Shown: positions 1 through 10,324, numbered from the stretch's first letter. The stretch is 64,000 nt of DNA from Abditibacterium sp. (GCA_965199495.1 CBDASK010000003.1:480001-544000), one strand, 5' to 3'. The notes: generated by a model from the letters alone, not told the origin. Program-made: numbers and translations.

Positions 1-287
1 TTTTCATCGAACTGCACGGTCTGAACGCCGCCTTCGGCGCCCGCTTCAGCGTCGGTTTCGGCGGGCGCGGCTTCGACCGCAACGCTGGCAGTTTCGGGCG
101 GCGCGACTGGCGGCGCCGTGCGGCGACCGAGCAGAAAAGCGACGAGACCCAGCGCCAGCGCGCCAATAACGAGCGGAGCAACCGCGTTTTTGGAGCGCGG
201 CGCGGGTTTTTCGGCGATTGAAATTTCGGAAGTGGAATCCGCCTGGGTTTGCGGATCGAGCGGAGTGGGATTGTGGGTGGAACTCAT
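1..287 (-). CDS. Efflux RND periplasmic adaptor subunit (CzcB/CusB-like), N-terminal part, runs off the window
   Basis: ATG at 287 overlaps the TolC stop (ATGA). It reads MSSTHNPTP...VAPLVIGALALGLVAFLLGRR (one TM anchor) followed by an Ala/Glu-rich linker, and lies directly after an outer-membrane factor. Confidence 0.6.
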   Translation of the reverse strand, partial: MSSTHNPTPLDPQTQADSTSEISIAEKPAPRSKNAVAPLVIGALALGLVAFLLGRRTAPPVAPPETASVAVEAAPAETDAEAGAEGGVQTVQFDE

Positions 288-1855
288 TGATTTTCGCCTC
301 CCAGGGGAGCGCCGGGTAGCGTGTTGGTGGGCGGAGCGCCCGTCGGATCAAGGGGCGCGACGACGTTGGGCGGGATGGTGTTTTGGGGCACGGTGCCGGG
401 CACAGCCACGCCGGGCGGCGCGTTCAAACCGTCGGGATTGTTGAGCGGGTCGAGCGCGCCGGTGTAAGTGGCGCCCAGCGCGCTTTCGAGCGCGGCCTCG
501 CCGCTGCGAACGCCGACCAAGGCTTGCAGATATTCGGTTTGGATTTGGCGGGCGGCGCGTTGCGCTTCCAAAACTTCGAGGTAAGTCGAGGCGCCTTGGG
601 CGTAGCCGAGTTGCGTTTTTCGCAGCAAGTCGAGCGTCTGGGGCACCAGCGATTCACGGTAGCGCGCCACCAGAGCACGATTTTGCTGGAGCGTCACCAG
701 CGCGCTTTCGACCTGCGCGGCGACCTGCGAGCGCAACAGTTCGACCTGCTTTTCCTGCGCCTGCGCTTCAAACTCGGCGGCGCGCTGCTGGTTTTTGATG
801 TTGCCCAGATCGAAGAGCGGCACGGTCAACACGGCGCGTAGCGAGGTCGAAGCGGAATCGAAAACGCCGCCGCGCCGCGCCTGAATTTCGAGTTGCGGGC
901 GCCGCGTGCGCGCAATCGCCGTCACCTGAGCGCGCGCCGCTTCGAGCGAGGCTTGGGCCGACAAAACGTCGGGCCGCTGCAACGCGCCCGGCAACAAAGC
1001 CGCGCGCGAGGCGACCAAATCGGAGCCGATCTGCGACGACGCCGGAACGATTTGACTGGGCGATAAAGGCTGAATCGTCGGCGCCGTTGGTGAAAGCGGC
1101 GGCGCGGCATCGAGCGCAACGGCGGGCACGCCGGTGTTTGGCGCGGCGGACGAAAAGACGCCAAAAGCGCCACTTTCGGGTAGCGCCACGCGTAGGGGAG
1201 CTTCAGGCGCCTGTCCGATGAGTTGATTGAGCAACGCGCGCCGCGACAGACGCGCGGCGCGGGCGCGGTCGAGTTCAATGGCGGCGCGGTCGAATTCGAG
1301 TTGCGCGCGCTGGGTTTGCACCGGCGGCACATCGCCCAATTCGGCGCGGCGCGCGGCGGCATCGCGGAACTGCCCGGCGATGTCGAGTTGGGTTTGGCCC
1401 AGCGACTCGGCTTCCTGGGCGGCGAACAGATCGGCAGCGGCGTTTTTCACGCTCACGATGAGCGAACGCGTCGCCAGATCGCGCTCGGCCTCGGCACGGC
1501 GCACCTGCGCGTCGAAGATACGGCGCCCCGCGCGGCGCTGGCCGAACAGGTCTATCGGCTGCGAGAGAATGATCTCTTCGTCGCGCGAGTTGGCGTTACC
1601 AAAAACGCCGGGCACGATTTGAAGCGTCGGGCCGAGCGAAGCGCGCGCGGACTGGGCGCGGGCGCGCGCCGCCTCATAGTTGGCGGCGGCGATTTGCGGT
1701 TGCGGGTTGAGTTGCAGGGCGCGCGCGATCAGATCGTCAAGCGCAACTGCGGGTTCGGAAGGAATGGAATTGGCGGGAACGGCGGAAGCGACATCTTGCG
1801 CTCCGGCGGGCGCGGCTGCGACTAAAAGCAGCGCGATGAAAATGCGAGGGTTCAA
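284..1855 (-). CDS. TolC/CzcC-family outer membrane efflux protein
   Basis: 523 aa with a signal peptide and two OEP repeats (LSQPIDLFG, LTVPLFDLG, YAQGASTYLEVLEAQR). AGGAG RBS precedes the TTG start. Confidence 0.9.
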   Translation of the reverse strand: MNPRIFIALLLVAAAPAGAQDVASAVPANSIPSEPAVALDDLIARALQLNPQPQIAAANYEAARARAQSARASLGPTLQIVPGVFGNANSRDEEIILSQPIDLFGQRRAGRRIFDAQVRRAEAERDLATRSLIVSVKNAAADLFAAQEAESLGQTQLDIAGQFRDAAARRAELGDVPPVQTQRAQLEFDRAAIELDRARAARLSRRALLNQLIGQAPEAPLRVALPESGAFGVFSSAAPNTGVPAVALDAAPPLSPTAPTIQPLSPSQIVPASSQIGSDLVASRAALLPGALQRPDVLSAQASLEAARAQVTAIARTRRPQLEIQARRGGVFDSASTSLRAVLTVPLFDLGNIKNQQRAAEFEAQAQEKQVELLRSQVAAQVESALVTLQQNRALVARYRESLVPQTLDLLRKTQLGYAQGASTYLEVLEAQRAARQIQTEYLQALVGVRSGEAALESALGATYTGALDPLNNPDGLNAPPGVAVPGTVPQNTIPPNVVAPLDPTGAPPTNTLPGAPLGGENQ

Positions 1856-1883
1856 AAAAGGTTCTCCTGAGTTCGATGGGCGA

Positions 1884-2360
1884 TCAAATCAGGGTAACCG
1901 GCGGCGCGCGGTGCGGCAAAGAGGCGCGCACCAAACGGCCCACGAGCGGCGGCACGCTCACTGGCCCGTCACGCCCAAAGACCGCCGCGCGCTGCCACAG
2001 CGCGACCACAACTGATGCAGCCACAGCCACGACCCGGACCAGAGCGATCCAAAGCAACGCGGGCGCCACCACGAGCGGCGCAAACGCGCAGGGAAGGTTC
2101 ATGTTTTCGTCCACGCTCGCGCAAACGTCGGTGTCGGTGATGCCGGTGATCGAATGCGTAACGACCATCGCAACCGTCGCAATCGCGCGCGTGGCGGCGC
2201 TAAGCGCAGCGCCGGGCATGATGTCCGTCTGGCAATCGGAGCCAGCCAAGCCGCACCAGAACGTGTGAGTCGCCAGCAAAAACACCAGCCACAGCGCCAC
2301 GCCCGACGTTTGGAAAGAAACGGGGCGCGCCGGTTGGTAGGGTTGGCGGGTGCGACTCAT
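1884..2360 (-). CDS. Cys-containing leader-type protein ending in RAPP (DUF2946/CruR-like)
   Basis: Hydrophobic N-terminal segment, four Cys, C-terminus ...LPHRAPPVTLI, ending 28 bp before the TolC start. Confidence 0.55.
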   Translation of the reverse strand: MSRTRQPYQPARPVSFQTSGVALWLVFLLATHTFWCGLAGSDCQTDIMPGAALSAATRAIATVAMVVTHSITGITDTDVCASVDENMNLPCAFAPLVVAPALLWIALVRVVAVAASVVVALWQRAAVFGRDGPVSVPPLVGRLVRASLPHRAPPVTLI

Positions 2361-2671
2361 TAAGCTGCGTCTACGATTACATCGCGTGGACGGATACAGT
2401 CAATCAGTATAATCACAGCGGGAGCGAAGGCCAGTTTTTAAAATCAAATAACAGTCGTTTTGGCGTTTAATTTAGGGAACTCCCCTTGCTGCGGCTCAAG
2501 TTGAGAGCTTTAACTATCGCGTTTTCTGGCGCGCTACCAACCAACGCCGTTGGCAGCAGCCCAACTCATTTATAAAAAGTTTCCACCCAAACTCCGCTTG
2601 CGAGTCCAACTCAGTTTTGGCAAAATATCATCTGTTCACCAAATCCGAGTGGTTTCGTAGGAATTGACGCA

Positions 2672-3646
2672 ATGACAACTTTTCGTTCTCCCCTCCGCCT
2701 GGCGCTGTTAGCTGTAGCGGCTCTTTCTGTTATCGGCGTAATCATCTGGCAAGCGGTCGCGGCTTACGGCGTGCCCGACCCGACGGCGGGCGATCTCAGC
2801 CCGACCGCCGTCGTTTTGAGCAGTGGCGTTCTGGTGTTTCGGGAAGGTCTGGAAGCCATTTTGGTGTTGGCGGCGGTCACGGCGGGCATGACGCGCACTC
2901 GCAGCGGTTACGGGCGCGCGGTGGCTTTTGGCGCGGGCTTGGCATTGGTGGCGACGGCAGTAACTTGGGTTTTGATGGTGGCTTCGCTCGCGGCGATTGA
3001 CGCGCCCGCGCTCGACATTCAGGCGGCGACCGGCTTGCTGGCGATTGTGGTTTTGTTGGTGATTATGAACTGGTTTTTCCACAAAGTCTATTGGACGGGC
3101 TGGATTTCTCATCATAACAAGCGCCGCCGCCGCTTGCTCGAAGACGCCGACCAAACCGGCTCAACCGCGTTTTGGGGTTTGGCTCTGATCGGCTTCACCG
3201 CGATTTACCGCGAGGGTTTTGAAATCGTGCTATTTTTGCAAAATCTGCGCTTGCGCGCCGGAAGCGAAATCGTGTTGACCGGCGCCGCTGTCGGTCTAAT
3301 CCTCACCGCGATGATCGGTGTTTTGACCTTTGTGGCGCACCGCCATTTGCCCTATAAAAAGATGCTGATTCTGACCGGCGCTCTGTTAGTGGGCGTGCTG
3401 ATCGTGATGGTGGGCGAGCAAGTTCAGGAAATGCAGCAAGCCGGTTGGCTGGCGGCAACCGGCTTGCCGTTGGCGTTGCCCGCTTGGTGGGGCACATGGT
3501 TCGCCATCTTTCCCAACGTGCAAGGCTTGTTCGCGCAGGGATTAGCGGCTACGCTTGTTTTCGGCTCGTATTTTTCGGCTCAGTATCTGCGCGTCTGGCG
3601 TCCGATCCGAGAAGCCAAAATCGCGCGCGAAAAAACCTATGCTTAA
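2672..3646 (+). CDS. FTR1/EfeU/PbrT-family iron (or lead) permease
   Basis: Two REGxE motifs (FREGLE, YREGFE) and multiple TM helices. Confidence 0.9.
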   Translation: MTTFRSPLRLALLAVAALSVIGVIIWQAVAAYGVPDPTAGDLSPTAVVLSSGVLVFREGLEAILVLAAVTAGMTRTRSGYGRAVAFGAGLALVATAVTWVLMVASLAAIDAPALDIQAATGLLAIVVLLVIMNWFFHKVYWTGWISHHNKRRRRLLEDADQTGSTAFWGLALIGFTAIYREGFEIVLFLQNLRLRAGSEIVLTGAAVGLILTAMIGVLTFVAHRHLPYKKMLILTGALLVGVLIVMVGEQVQEMQQAGWLAATGLPLALPAWWGTWFAIFPNVQGLFAQGLAATLVFGSYFSAQYLRVWRPIREAKIAREKTYA

Positions 3647-3795
3647 CCTATGGTCTGGTTCCCTAAAGTGGAAATGGTTGCGACTGGCGGCAGTGGCGCT
3701 ACCCGCGTCGCTGTTGCCGTGGAGTTGCAGCGACGAACAACCCAAGCTGATGCCGCCGCTCGTGGCTGCACGTCCGGCGTCTTCAGGACTTAAAG

Positions 3796-4425
3796 ATGAA
3801 CCAACAATCAAAATGGCCCGCCAGCAATCGCGCAGCGTTAATCAAACGCGGGCGCAAACTCGAATACTTCACCATTGGCTACAACTGTCTTGAGGGTTTG
3901 GTTGCGGTCGGCGCGGGTTTGCTGGCGGGTAGCGTGGCGCTGTTGGGTTTCGGCGTGGATTCGTTCATCGAATCTTTGTCGGGCGGCGTTTTGTTGTGGC
4001 GATTGCATGACAGCGCCCAAGGCGAAGCGCGCGAAGCGTTGGCGCTGCGTCTGGTCGGTGTCAGCCTTTTGGTTTTGGCGGCCTACGTCGCCTTTGATGC
4101 CGGTCAATCGCTGTGGAGACGCGAGGAACCGCACGCGAGTTACTGGGGCATCGGGATTACTATTCTGTCGCTGTTCGTAATGCCGGTTTTGGCGCGCGCC
4201 AAACGTCGGGTCGGAGTGGAGTTGGACAGTCGCGCGCTGCAAGCCGATGCGCGACAAACCGATATTTGCGTCTATTTGTCTTATATTTTGCTGGCCGGAC
4301 TGGGACTGAACGCGCTCTTTGGCTGGTGGTGGGCCGATCCGGTCGCGGCTTTGGCGATGGTGCCGATTATCGCCAAAGAAGGTTTCGAGGCATTGCGTGG
4401 TGAAACGTGCGATTGCGGCGAATAA
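3796..4425 (+). CDS. Cation diffusion facilitator-like transporter (TM domain only)
   Basis: 209 aa with GSVALLGFGVDSFIE, SRALQADARQT and GWWWADPVAAL motifs; C-terminal CDC. Confidence 0.8.
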   Translation: MNQQSKWPASNRAALIKRGRKLEYFTIGYNCLEGLVAVGAGLLAGSVALLGFGVDSFIESLSGGVLLWRLHDSAQGEAREALALRLVGVSLLVLAAYVAFDAGQSLWRREEPHASYWGIGITILSLFVMPVLARAKRRVGVELDSRALQADARQTDICVYLSYILLAGLGLNALFGWWWADPVAALAMVPIIAKEGFEALRGETCDCGE

Positions 4426-4446
4426 CAGTTCGGACGAGTTCCTCCG

Positions 4447-4479
4447 CAAAAATGCCCGCGAAATTCGCGGGCATTTTTG
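4447..4479. terminator. Bidirectional intrinsic terminator
   Basis: caaaaatgcccgcgaa-a-ttcgcgggcatttttg perfect inverted repeat between convergent genes. Confidence 0.8.
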
Positions 4480-4484
4480 ACTTC

Positions 4485-4692
4485 TCACGTTGTTTCAATT
4501 GGACAATGCCGCGCGCAAAATTCTCGCTCGATGTGGTTCTTGATCTGATCCCGAATGATGAGCGTGGCCGCTAACTTCTCTTCGCGCGTGCCGCCCAATG
4601 CGGATGGATCGGCAAAGCCCCAATGCAAACGCTCGGTTGGGCCGGGAAAAACCGGACAACGCTCGGCGCTGGTCTCGTCGCAAACCGTTACT
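4485..4692 (-). pseudogene. arsC: 3' remnant of arsenate reductase ArsC
   Basis: TVCDETSAERCPVFPGPTERLHWGFADPS is near-identical in DNA to 7503-7620. The N-terminal CxxxxxRS loop is absent. Confidence 0.8.
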
Positions 4693-4770
4693 ACATTACG
4701 GGCATTTAATCTCGGCGCATAATCGTAGAAATGATTTCGGCGAGGGCGCCCCAAGCCGAACGGCATCCTC

Positions 4771-5379
4771 CTATATCTCGGTCGCCGTGTAGCCGGTGTT
4801 CTCAATTACGGCACGCAGTTTCGGCACGCCGACCCGCGCCGCATCATAGCGCACGACGGCACGTTTGGTTTTGAAATCCACCTCAGCATCATGGACACCG
4901 GGCGTTTTCTTGAGTGCATCGGCGATTTGCAAGCTGCACTCGGCACACGTCATTTTGCCGATAGAAAACACGGCTGTCTTAGTCGCTGTGGATACCGTGA
5001 TAGGCTGAACCGTCGAAGCAGAAGCGGCTTTGACTTCGGCGCGATAGGCGGCAAATTGCGGATAAGCCATCGCGCTAATGGTGAACAAAGTGATGCCCCA
5101 AAGCAAGGCTTTGTTGAAACGCTTGATACTCTCGGTTTTGTCAGTGGCGCAACTGCCGGATTCGCAAGCCTCAGCTTGGGTGGGACGATAAGTGAAGTAA
5201 AAAGCAGTGCCTAAGAGAAGCACGGTCAGCCCGATAAAGTAGGGGCGGTAGGGTGCCAGGGCCGCACTAAAGCCAAGCGTCCCCGCGCTGGCCGCACCCA
5301 AAAGGGCGGGCAAAATGCAGCACGACGAAGCCGCAACAGCGGCAAGGGCAGCACCAATTAAAGTGGGGGTTTGTTTCAT
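4771..5379 (-). CDS. merT: MerT-type mercuric transporter fused to a MerP/HMA domain
   Basis: ASSCCILP in TM1, PYRPYF, a cytoplasmic CESGSC pair and a C-terminal HMA motif GKMTCAEC. Confidence 0.85.
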   Translation of the reverse strand: MKQTPTLIGAALAAVAASSCCILPALLGAASAGTLGFSAALAPYRPYFIGLTVLLLGTAFYFTYRPTQAEACESGSCATDKTESIKRFNKALLWGITLFTISAMAYPQFAAYRAEVKAASASTVQPITVSTATKTAVFSIGKMTCAECSLQIADALKKTPGVHDAEVDFKTKRAVVRYDAARVGVPKLRAVIENTGYTATEI

Positions 5380-5391
5380 CGAAAGTTCTCC

Positions 5392-6846
5392 TTACTCAGC
5401 GCAACAGGAAAGTTTCGCCGGGTCTTTGTAACGCGAGATCGCCGCGATTTTAAGCGCCTCGGCCATTGTCGGGTAAACGTGGAGAAGGTCTATAAAGTCG
5501 TGCAATTTCGCACGGAAGCGGAGCGCCATTGCCGCCTCGTGAATCACTTCGCCCGCGCTGTTTCCCACCATTGAGACGCCTAATACTTCGTCTGTGTCGG
5601 CATCGGCCACCATCTTAATCATGCCTTTGGTGTCTAAAATTGCTCCTGCACGCGGCACTAACGACATGGGAACCGCATTACACCAGCAACGATGTCCGGC
5701 TTCAAGGGCTTCTTCTTCGGTCATGCCAACAACGGCAATTTGAGGATAGGTAAAGATGGTGCGGGGAATGACGCGGTGGTTCACCGGGCGCGGCTCTTCA
5801 CAGCACGCTAAAGCATTGTGCGCGGCTTTCCCCCCGTCCTGGCTTCCGACAGGGGTTGCCATCTGGCTGCCGGTTTCCCGTCCGATAACATCCCCGGCGG
5901 CAAATATATGGGGGACATTGGTTTGTAGAAGTTCGTTCACCTGGATTTGTCCCTGCTTACCAACGGTCACACCCGATTTTTCAAGGGCGATGTGGTCGGT
6001 ATTGGGACGGCGCCCGGTCGTGATCAAAAGCTTTTCAGCGCGGATTTCCTGCGTTTCATCTCCGACTTGCACGGTGGCAACGACTTCGTTTTCATCCCCG
6101 CGAACGGAGCGCATCGTGGCGCGGGTCACAACACGAATGCCTTCCGCTTCAAGCACCAGCTGGATGGCTTGTCCCACTTCTGGCTCGTAGCCGTTCGCTA
6201 AAAGCTGCTCGTTGCGGTCAAGTATCGTCACTTCGGCCCCAAAGCGGGAAAACATCTGCCCCAACTCCAAAGCGATATAGCCGCCGCCTAAAATGAGTAA
6301 AGAGCGGGGGCACTCGGTCAGCTCCATCACTTCGCCGTTGGTGAGTAGATCACTGGTTAGATAGGGCACGTCTTCTAAGCCTTCAATGCTCGGAATCACC
6401 GGGCGGGAGCCGGTAGCGATTAACACTTTATCGCCGGTCAATTGCTTGCCGCCGACCTCAACAGTGTGAGGATCAACGAATTGAACATGGCCTTCTTCAA
6501 TGTGGAACTGCCCGCCTACCAAGCTCTCATATTTTTTATTGCGGTAGCCATGAATCACTTCATCTTTTTGGGCAATGAGTTCGCGGAAATTTAGACCCAG
6601 CTCCACGCCAGTTAAACCAGAGTAGCGGGGAAAACGGGCATCGTGCAGGAGCTTCGCCGCTTCAATGAGATTCTTTGAGGGCAAACAGCCCCGGTTTACA
6701 CAAGTGCCGCCAATGGTGCGCTCTTCGGTCATGACTGATGTTTTGCCAAGCTCCTGGGCGCGCAGTGCTGCGGCAAAAGCGGTCGAGCCTGAGCCGAGAA
6801 TGAGAAGGTCGAAGTGGTTTTCGCTTTGCGTTGTGGTCTGCATCAT
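5392..6846 (-). CDS. merA: Mercuric reductase (no N-terminal NmerA domain)
   Basis: GSGSTAF FAD motif, [13 protein letters not shown] redox pair, HVYPTMAE and C-terminal LSCCAE vicinal Cys. Confidence 0.93.
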   Translation of the reverse strand: MMQTTTQSENHFDLLILGSGSTAFAAALRAQELGKTSVMTEERTIGGTCVNRGCLPSKNLIEAAKLLHDARFPRYSGLTGVELGLNFRELIAQKDEVIHGYRNKKYESLVGGQFHIEEGHVQFVDPHTVEVGGKQLTGDKVLIATGSRPVIPSIEGLEDVPYLTSDLLTNGEVMELTECPRSLLILGGGYIALELGQMFSRFGAEVTILDRNEQLLANGYEPEVGQAIQLVLEAEGIRVVTRATMRSVRGDENEVVATVQVGDETQEIRAEKLLITTGRRPNTDHIALEKSGVTVGKQGQIQVNELLQTNVPHIFAAGDVIGRETGSQMATPVGSQDGGKAAHNALACCEEPRPVNHRVIPRTIFTYPQIAVVGMTEEEALEAGHRCWCNAVPMSLVPRAGAILDTKGMIKMVADADTDEVLGVSMVGNSAGEVIHEAAMALRFRAKLHDFIDLLHVYPTMAEALKIAAISRYKDPAKLSCCAE

Positions 6847-6848
6847 GG

Positions 6849-7244
6849 TTAGTTCTCCTGGGCTTGATTGATGGTCTCGAAAAGCAGGGGCAGTGTCCCA
6901 TCCAAATGTTCGTCGCGCAGATAGTAGCAGGCAAATTTGCCCTCCTTGCGAATTTTGAGCAAGCCGGAAGCGGTCAGGATTTTAAGATGATGTGACACGG
7001 CAGGCATGGACACGTCCAGCAACTTTGCCAACTCGCACACGCAGAGCGGCTCGATGGTGAGAGCATAAAGAATACGGGCGCGCATCGGGTCAGCCATTGC
7101 TTTGAGCAAAATCCCGGCGCGGTCGAAGGAATCATCGGGCGGCATTTGCTTGGCGACTCGGCGCACGCGGGTTGGGTCGTCGTTGTAGGCATCGCAAGTG
7201 AGGTCTTCAAGATTTCGCGGCTTGCGTTCTAAAGTTGCTGGCAT
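6849..7244 (-). CDS. ArsR/SmtB-family metalloregulator heading the mer genes
   Basis: [16 protein letters not shown] and VSHHLKIL motifs; immediately upstream of merA. Confidence 0.88.
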   Translation of the reverse strand: MPATLERKPRNLEDLTCDAYNDDPTRVRRVAKQMPPDDSFDRAGILLKAMADPMRARILYALTIEPLCVCELAKLLDVSMPAVSHHLKILTASGLLKIRKEGKFACYYLRDEHLDGTLPLLFETINQAQEN

Positions 7245-7260
7245 GGTGGTAACACCTGAA

Positions 7261-7282
7261 CGATTCAACGATTGTTTAATCG
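7261..7282. promoter_or_regulatory. Candidate ArsR/SmtB operator of the mer module
   Basis: cgattcaac-gatt-gtttaatcg inverted repeat (1 mismatch), 17 bp upstream of the regulator start. Confidence 0.6.
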
Positions 7283-7417
7283 TCAAAGTTCCCAAGAAAT
7301 CTTTTGCCCGTAAACTTTCTTCGCCTTGCCTCCTGAAACGTATCGCGCAGCGACCTAACGGCCAAGCTTGGTCGTTAGATCAGTGTTGGTCAGGTTGGTG
7401 TGCCTGACCATGCCGTT

Positions 7418-7861
7418 TCAGACAGCTTTGGCGAGACAATTTGAAACGCAGAACTTCTCAATTTCGGCTTCAATCAAGTCTCGCACTTGGCGCGTTTGCT
7501 CCAACTTCTCTTCGCGCGTGCCGCCCAATGCCGACGGATCGGCGAAGCCCCAATGCAAACGCTCGGTTGGGCCAGGAAAAACCGGACAACGCTCGGCGCT
7601 GGTCTCGTCACAAACTGTTATCGCATAGGCGAACTCTTGCCCACTGGCGATTACGTCGGCGACCGCGCGTGGCTGATGCGCCGAGACATCAATCCCGATT
7701 TCGGCCATCGCTTCGACGACCAACGGGTTGAGCGTGCCCGGCTCGATTCCGGCGCTCTGAGCTTGGTATTTGTCGCCACACAAGCGGTTGACGAACGCTT
7801 CGGCCATCACCGAACGCGCCGAATTGTGGATGCAAACGAACAGAATTTTGTTTGAGGTCAT
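7418..7861 (-). CDS. arsC: Arsenate reductase ArsC (LMW-PTPase/thioredoxin type)
   Basis: LFVCIHNSARS P-loop, TVCD...CPVFPG and HWGFADP. Confidence 0.92.
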   Translation of the reverse strand: MTSNKILFVCIHNSARSVMAEAFVNRLCGDKYQAQSAGIEPGTLNPLVVEAMAEIGIDVSAHQPRAVADVIASGQEFAYAITVCDETSAERCPVFPGPTERLHWGFADPSALGGTREEKLEQTRQVRDLIEAEIEKFCVSNCLAKAV

Positions 7862-7885
7862 GGCATTGCTGCGAGCTGGTGCAGA

Positions 7886-8335
7886 TTAGGACGGACAGTT
7901 GACCGCGCAAAACTCCCGCGCGATTTGCTCTTTGATCTGGTTACGGATAACGCGCGTGGCCGCTAACTTTTCATCCCAAGTGCCTTGGAGCGCCGACGGA
8001 TCGGCGAAACCCCAGTGCAGACGTTGGGTGACGCCGGGGAAAATCGGGCAACGCTCGGCATTGGCGCCGTCGCACACCGCAATGACATGGGAAAACAGTT
8101 GCCCGCTCTTTATCACGTCGAATACATGGCGCGGCTGGTAATCCGACACGTCTATGTCGTCTTCGGCCAAAACCGCGATTGCCAGTGGGTTGACCCGCGT
8201 TGTGGCGTCGGTTTCCAAACCCGCGCTCTGCGCCGCGTATTTGTCGCCGCACAATTGATTGAGCATCGCTTCGGCAATTACAGAGCGCGCCGAATTGTGG
8301 ACGCACACGAACAAAACGTTGATTTTGCGTGACAT
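7886..8335 (-). CDS. arsC: Arsenate reductase ArsC, second copy
   Basis: LFVCVHNSARS, AVCD...CPIFPG and HWGFADP. ATG at 8335 follows a GGAGG RBS. Confidence 0.92.
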   Translation of the reverse strand: MSRKINVLFVCVHNSARSVIAEAMLNQLCGDKYAAQSAGLETDATTRVNPLAIAVLAEDDIDVSDYQPRHVFDVIKSGQLFSHVIAVCDGANAERCPIFPGVTQRLHWGFADPSALQGTWDEKLAATRVIRNQIKEQIAREFCAVNCPS

Positions 8336-8358
8336 AATTGAGCCTCCAAAAACGGAAA

Positions 8359-8811
8359 TTAGCAGCAGCCTGACGCGGGCGCGCAACCGCCGCCAGAAGG
8401 CACGATGCACAGCTCTTTGGCCAGACAATCGGTGTGTTTGGTCGTCAAAACGAGTGTGACGGCTTCGTCCGAAACAATCGCTTCCGACACTGGATATTGC
8501 GAGATGATTTTGTCTTCATACTCGATTTCCAAGTCCAAAAAATCGCCCGACAAAATCGCCTCGGATTTTTGGAGAATGTCGGCCATCTTGCCCGCCTCAA
8601 TGCGATGATCCACGTCCGGCCCAATCCACGCTTGCAGTTGACAGGTCTGCACGCTGTGGACTTTGCCGCCGCAGTCGATAAAAGTCTTGCTGACCGCGCC
8701 GACTTCGGTGATGTGAAAGGCTTGCGGGACAGCTTGGCCGTCGGGCAGTTGCAGCAAAAATTGCTTGTCACGGTTGGCTTCTAAAAGAGCCTTGAATTGT
8801 GCGAGTTTCAT
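8359..8811 (-). CDS. DUF6428-like ars-operon protein
   Basis: FHITEVG, FIDCGG, LEIEY, TDCLAKELC and a C-terminal CAPASGCC; lies inside the ars operon. Confidence 0.75.
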   Translation of the reverse strand: MKLAQFKALLEANRDKQFLLQLPDGQAVPQAFHITEVGAVSKTFIDCGGKVHSVQTCQLQAWIGPDVDHRIEAGKMADILQKSEAILSGDFLDLEIEYEDKIISQYPVSEAIVSDEAVTLVLTTKHTDCLAKELCIVPSGGGCAPASGCC

Positions 8812-8825
8812 GTGTGTTTTTCCTT

Positions 8826-9929
8826 TTAGTTGGATGAAGTGGATACGGCAGCAGGAGCCACCGGAAAACCTTTTTGCAGTCGTGCCGCCACGCCGACGAG
8901 GGCGATCATTACCGGCACTTCGATGAGCGGGCCGATCACGGCGGCGAACGCTGCGCCGCTTTGGATGCCAAATACCGAGATGGCAACGGCAATCGCCAGC
9001 TCGAAGTTGTTCGAGGCCGCCGTAAACGCCAGCGTCACGTTTTTGGAGTAGTCGGCGCCGATGCGCTTGCCCATCGCAAACGAAACGAAGAACATCACCA
9101 GGAAATAAACGATGAGCGGCAACGCAATCAAAAGCACGTCGCCAGGGCGCGAGACAATTTTGTCGCCTTGCAGCGCGAACATCACCACAATAGTGAAGAG
9201 CAACGCCGCCAGCGTGAGCGGAGAGATTTTCGGAATGAAATCGGTTTCGTAGCGTTGGCGCCCCACGGTTTTTACACCGACAAAGCGCGTCACCATGCCC
9301 GCCAAGAACGGAATGCCCAAATAAATCGCCACGCTCTTGGCGACCTCGGCCATTGTGATTGAAACAGCCACGCCGTGCAGACCGACCAAAGGCGGCAAAA
9401 CGGAAAGGAAAAAGTAGGCGTAAACGGAAAAGAATAGCACTTGAAAGATCGAGTTAAAGGCGACTAGTCCCGCCGCATATTCGGTGTCGCCTTTCGCCAG
9501 TTGGTTCCACACGATCACCATCGCAATACAGCGCGCCAGCCCGATGAGCATCAGGCCGGTCATGTATTCGGGATAATTGTGCAGAAACAGCACCGCCAAA
9601 CCCCACATCAAAACCGGCCCGATAATCCAGTTCTGGATGAGCGAGAGCATCAAAACGCGGGTGTCGCGGAACACGCGGCCCAACTCTTCATATTTCACTT
9701 TGGCAAGGGGCGGATACATCATAATGATGAGGCCCGCCGCAATCGGTATTGACGTTGTGCCGACCGAAAGGCGCGTGAGGGCTTCGCCGAAGGACGGCAC
9801 CAAGCGCCCCAGAGCCACGCCCAATGCCATCGCCGCGAAAATCCACAGCGTCAAATAGCGGTCGAGAAAAGAGAGCCGCGCCCGCTCAACGGGCGAACAA
9901 GTGGCGGGGTTGGAAGTGGAAACATTCAT
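8826..9929 (-). CDS. acr3: ACR3-family arsenite efflux transporter
   Basis: [38 protein letters not shown] and GPLIEVP. Confidence 0.95.
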   Translation of the reverse strand: MNVSTSNPATCSPVERARLSFLDRYLTLWIFAAMALGVALGRLVPSFGEALTRLSVGTTSIPIAAGLIIMMYPPLAKVKYEELGRVFRDTRVLMLSLIQNWIIGPVLMWGLAVLFLHNYPEYMTGLMLIGLARCIAMVIVWNQLAKGDTEYAAGLVAFNSIFQVLFFSVYAYFFLSVLPPLVGLHGVAVSITMAEVAKSVAIYLGIPFLAGMVTRFVGVKTVGRQRYETDFIPKISPLTLAALLFTIVVMFALQGDKIVSRPGDVLLIALPLIVYFLVMFFVSFAMGKRIGADYSKNVTLAFTAASNNFELAIAVAISVFGIQSGAAFAAVIGPLIEVPVMIALVGVAARLQKGFPVAPAAVSTSSN

Positions 9930-9947
9930 GGTTTATTCTTCATCGTA

Positions 9948-9966
9948 TATCGCTGTTAGACGATAG
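9948..9966. promoter_or_regulatory. Candidate ArsR operator between arsR and acr3
   Basis: tatcg-N8-cgata palindrome; a similar site lies at 10306-10324. Confidence 0.5.
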
Positions 9967-9983
9967 AACTGTCGAACGAGCGA

Positions 9984-10301
9984 TTAGATTTCGCCCAACA
10001 AAACGCGCAAGCGTTCGAGCGCGGCGGGATTGAGGCAGTAACAGGAGCGCGGGCCGTCAATTTCGATTTGCACCAGTCCGGCTTCTTTGAGCGTTTTGAG
10101 ATGCTGAGAAACCGAGCTTTGCGAGAGCGGCAAAACGTCCACGATCTCGCCGCAGATGCAAACGCCTTTTTCTTTGAGGAAGCGCACAATCGCCACGCGC
10201 GCCGGATGCGCCAGCGCCCCGGCCAAGCGCGCCAATTCCGTGTCGCTCTCCTGCATCGCATTTTGCACGTTGTCGGCGGGACAACACTGAAGCTGTTTCA
10301 T
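9984..10301 (-). CDS. arsR: Arsenic-responsive repressor ArsR
   Basis: ALAHPAR, CICGE and QSSVSQHLKTLK; N-terminal CC; first gene of the ars operon. Confidence 0.9.
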   Translation of the reverse strand: MKQLQCCPADNVQNAMQESDTELARLAGALAHPARVAIVRFLKEKGVCICGEIVDVLPLSQSSVSQHLKTLKEAGLVQIEIDGPRSCYCLNPAALERLRVLLGEI

Positions 10302-10305
10302 CGTT

Positions 10306-10324
10306 CATTGGTAATATACGATAG
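10306..10324. promoter_or_regulatory. Candidate ArsR operator upstream of arsR
   Basis: cattg-N8-cgatag, matching the 9948-9966 site. Confidence 0.5.

Noticed and set aside
2400..2670. Repeated ccaac/caactca words upstream of FTR1 as a Fur/DtxR box
   Set aside because: Short, irregularly spaced, and not matching a known box.
3647..3795. Possible metal riboswitch upstream of the CDF-like gene
   Set aside because: It has a gtcgctg/cagcgac hairpin but no match to the NiCo or yybP-ykoY consensus that I can recognise.
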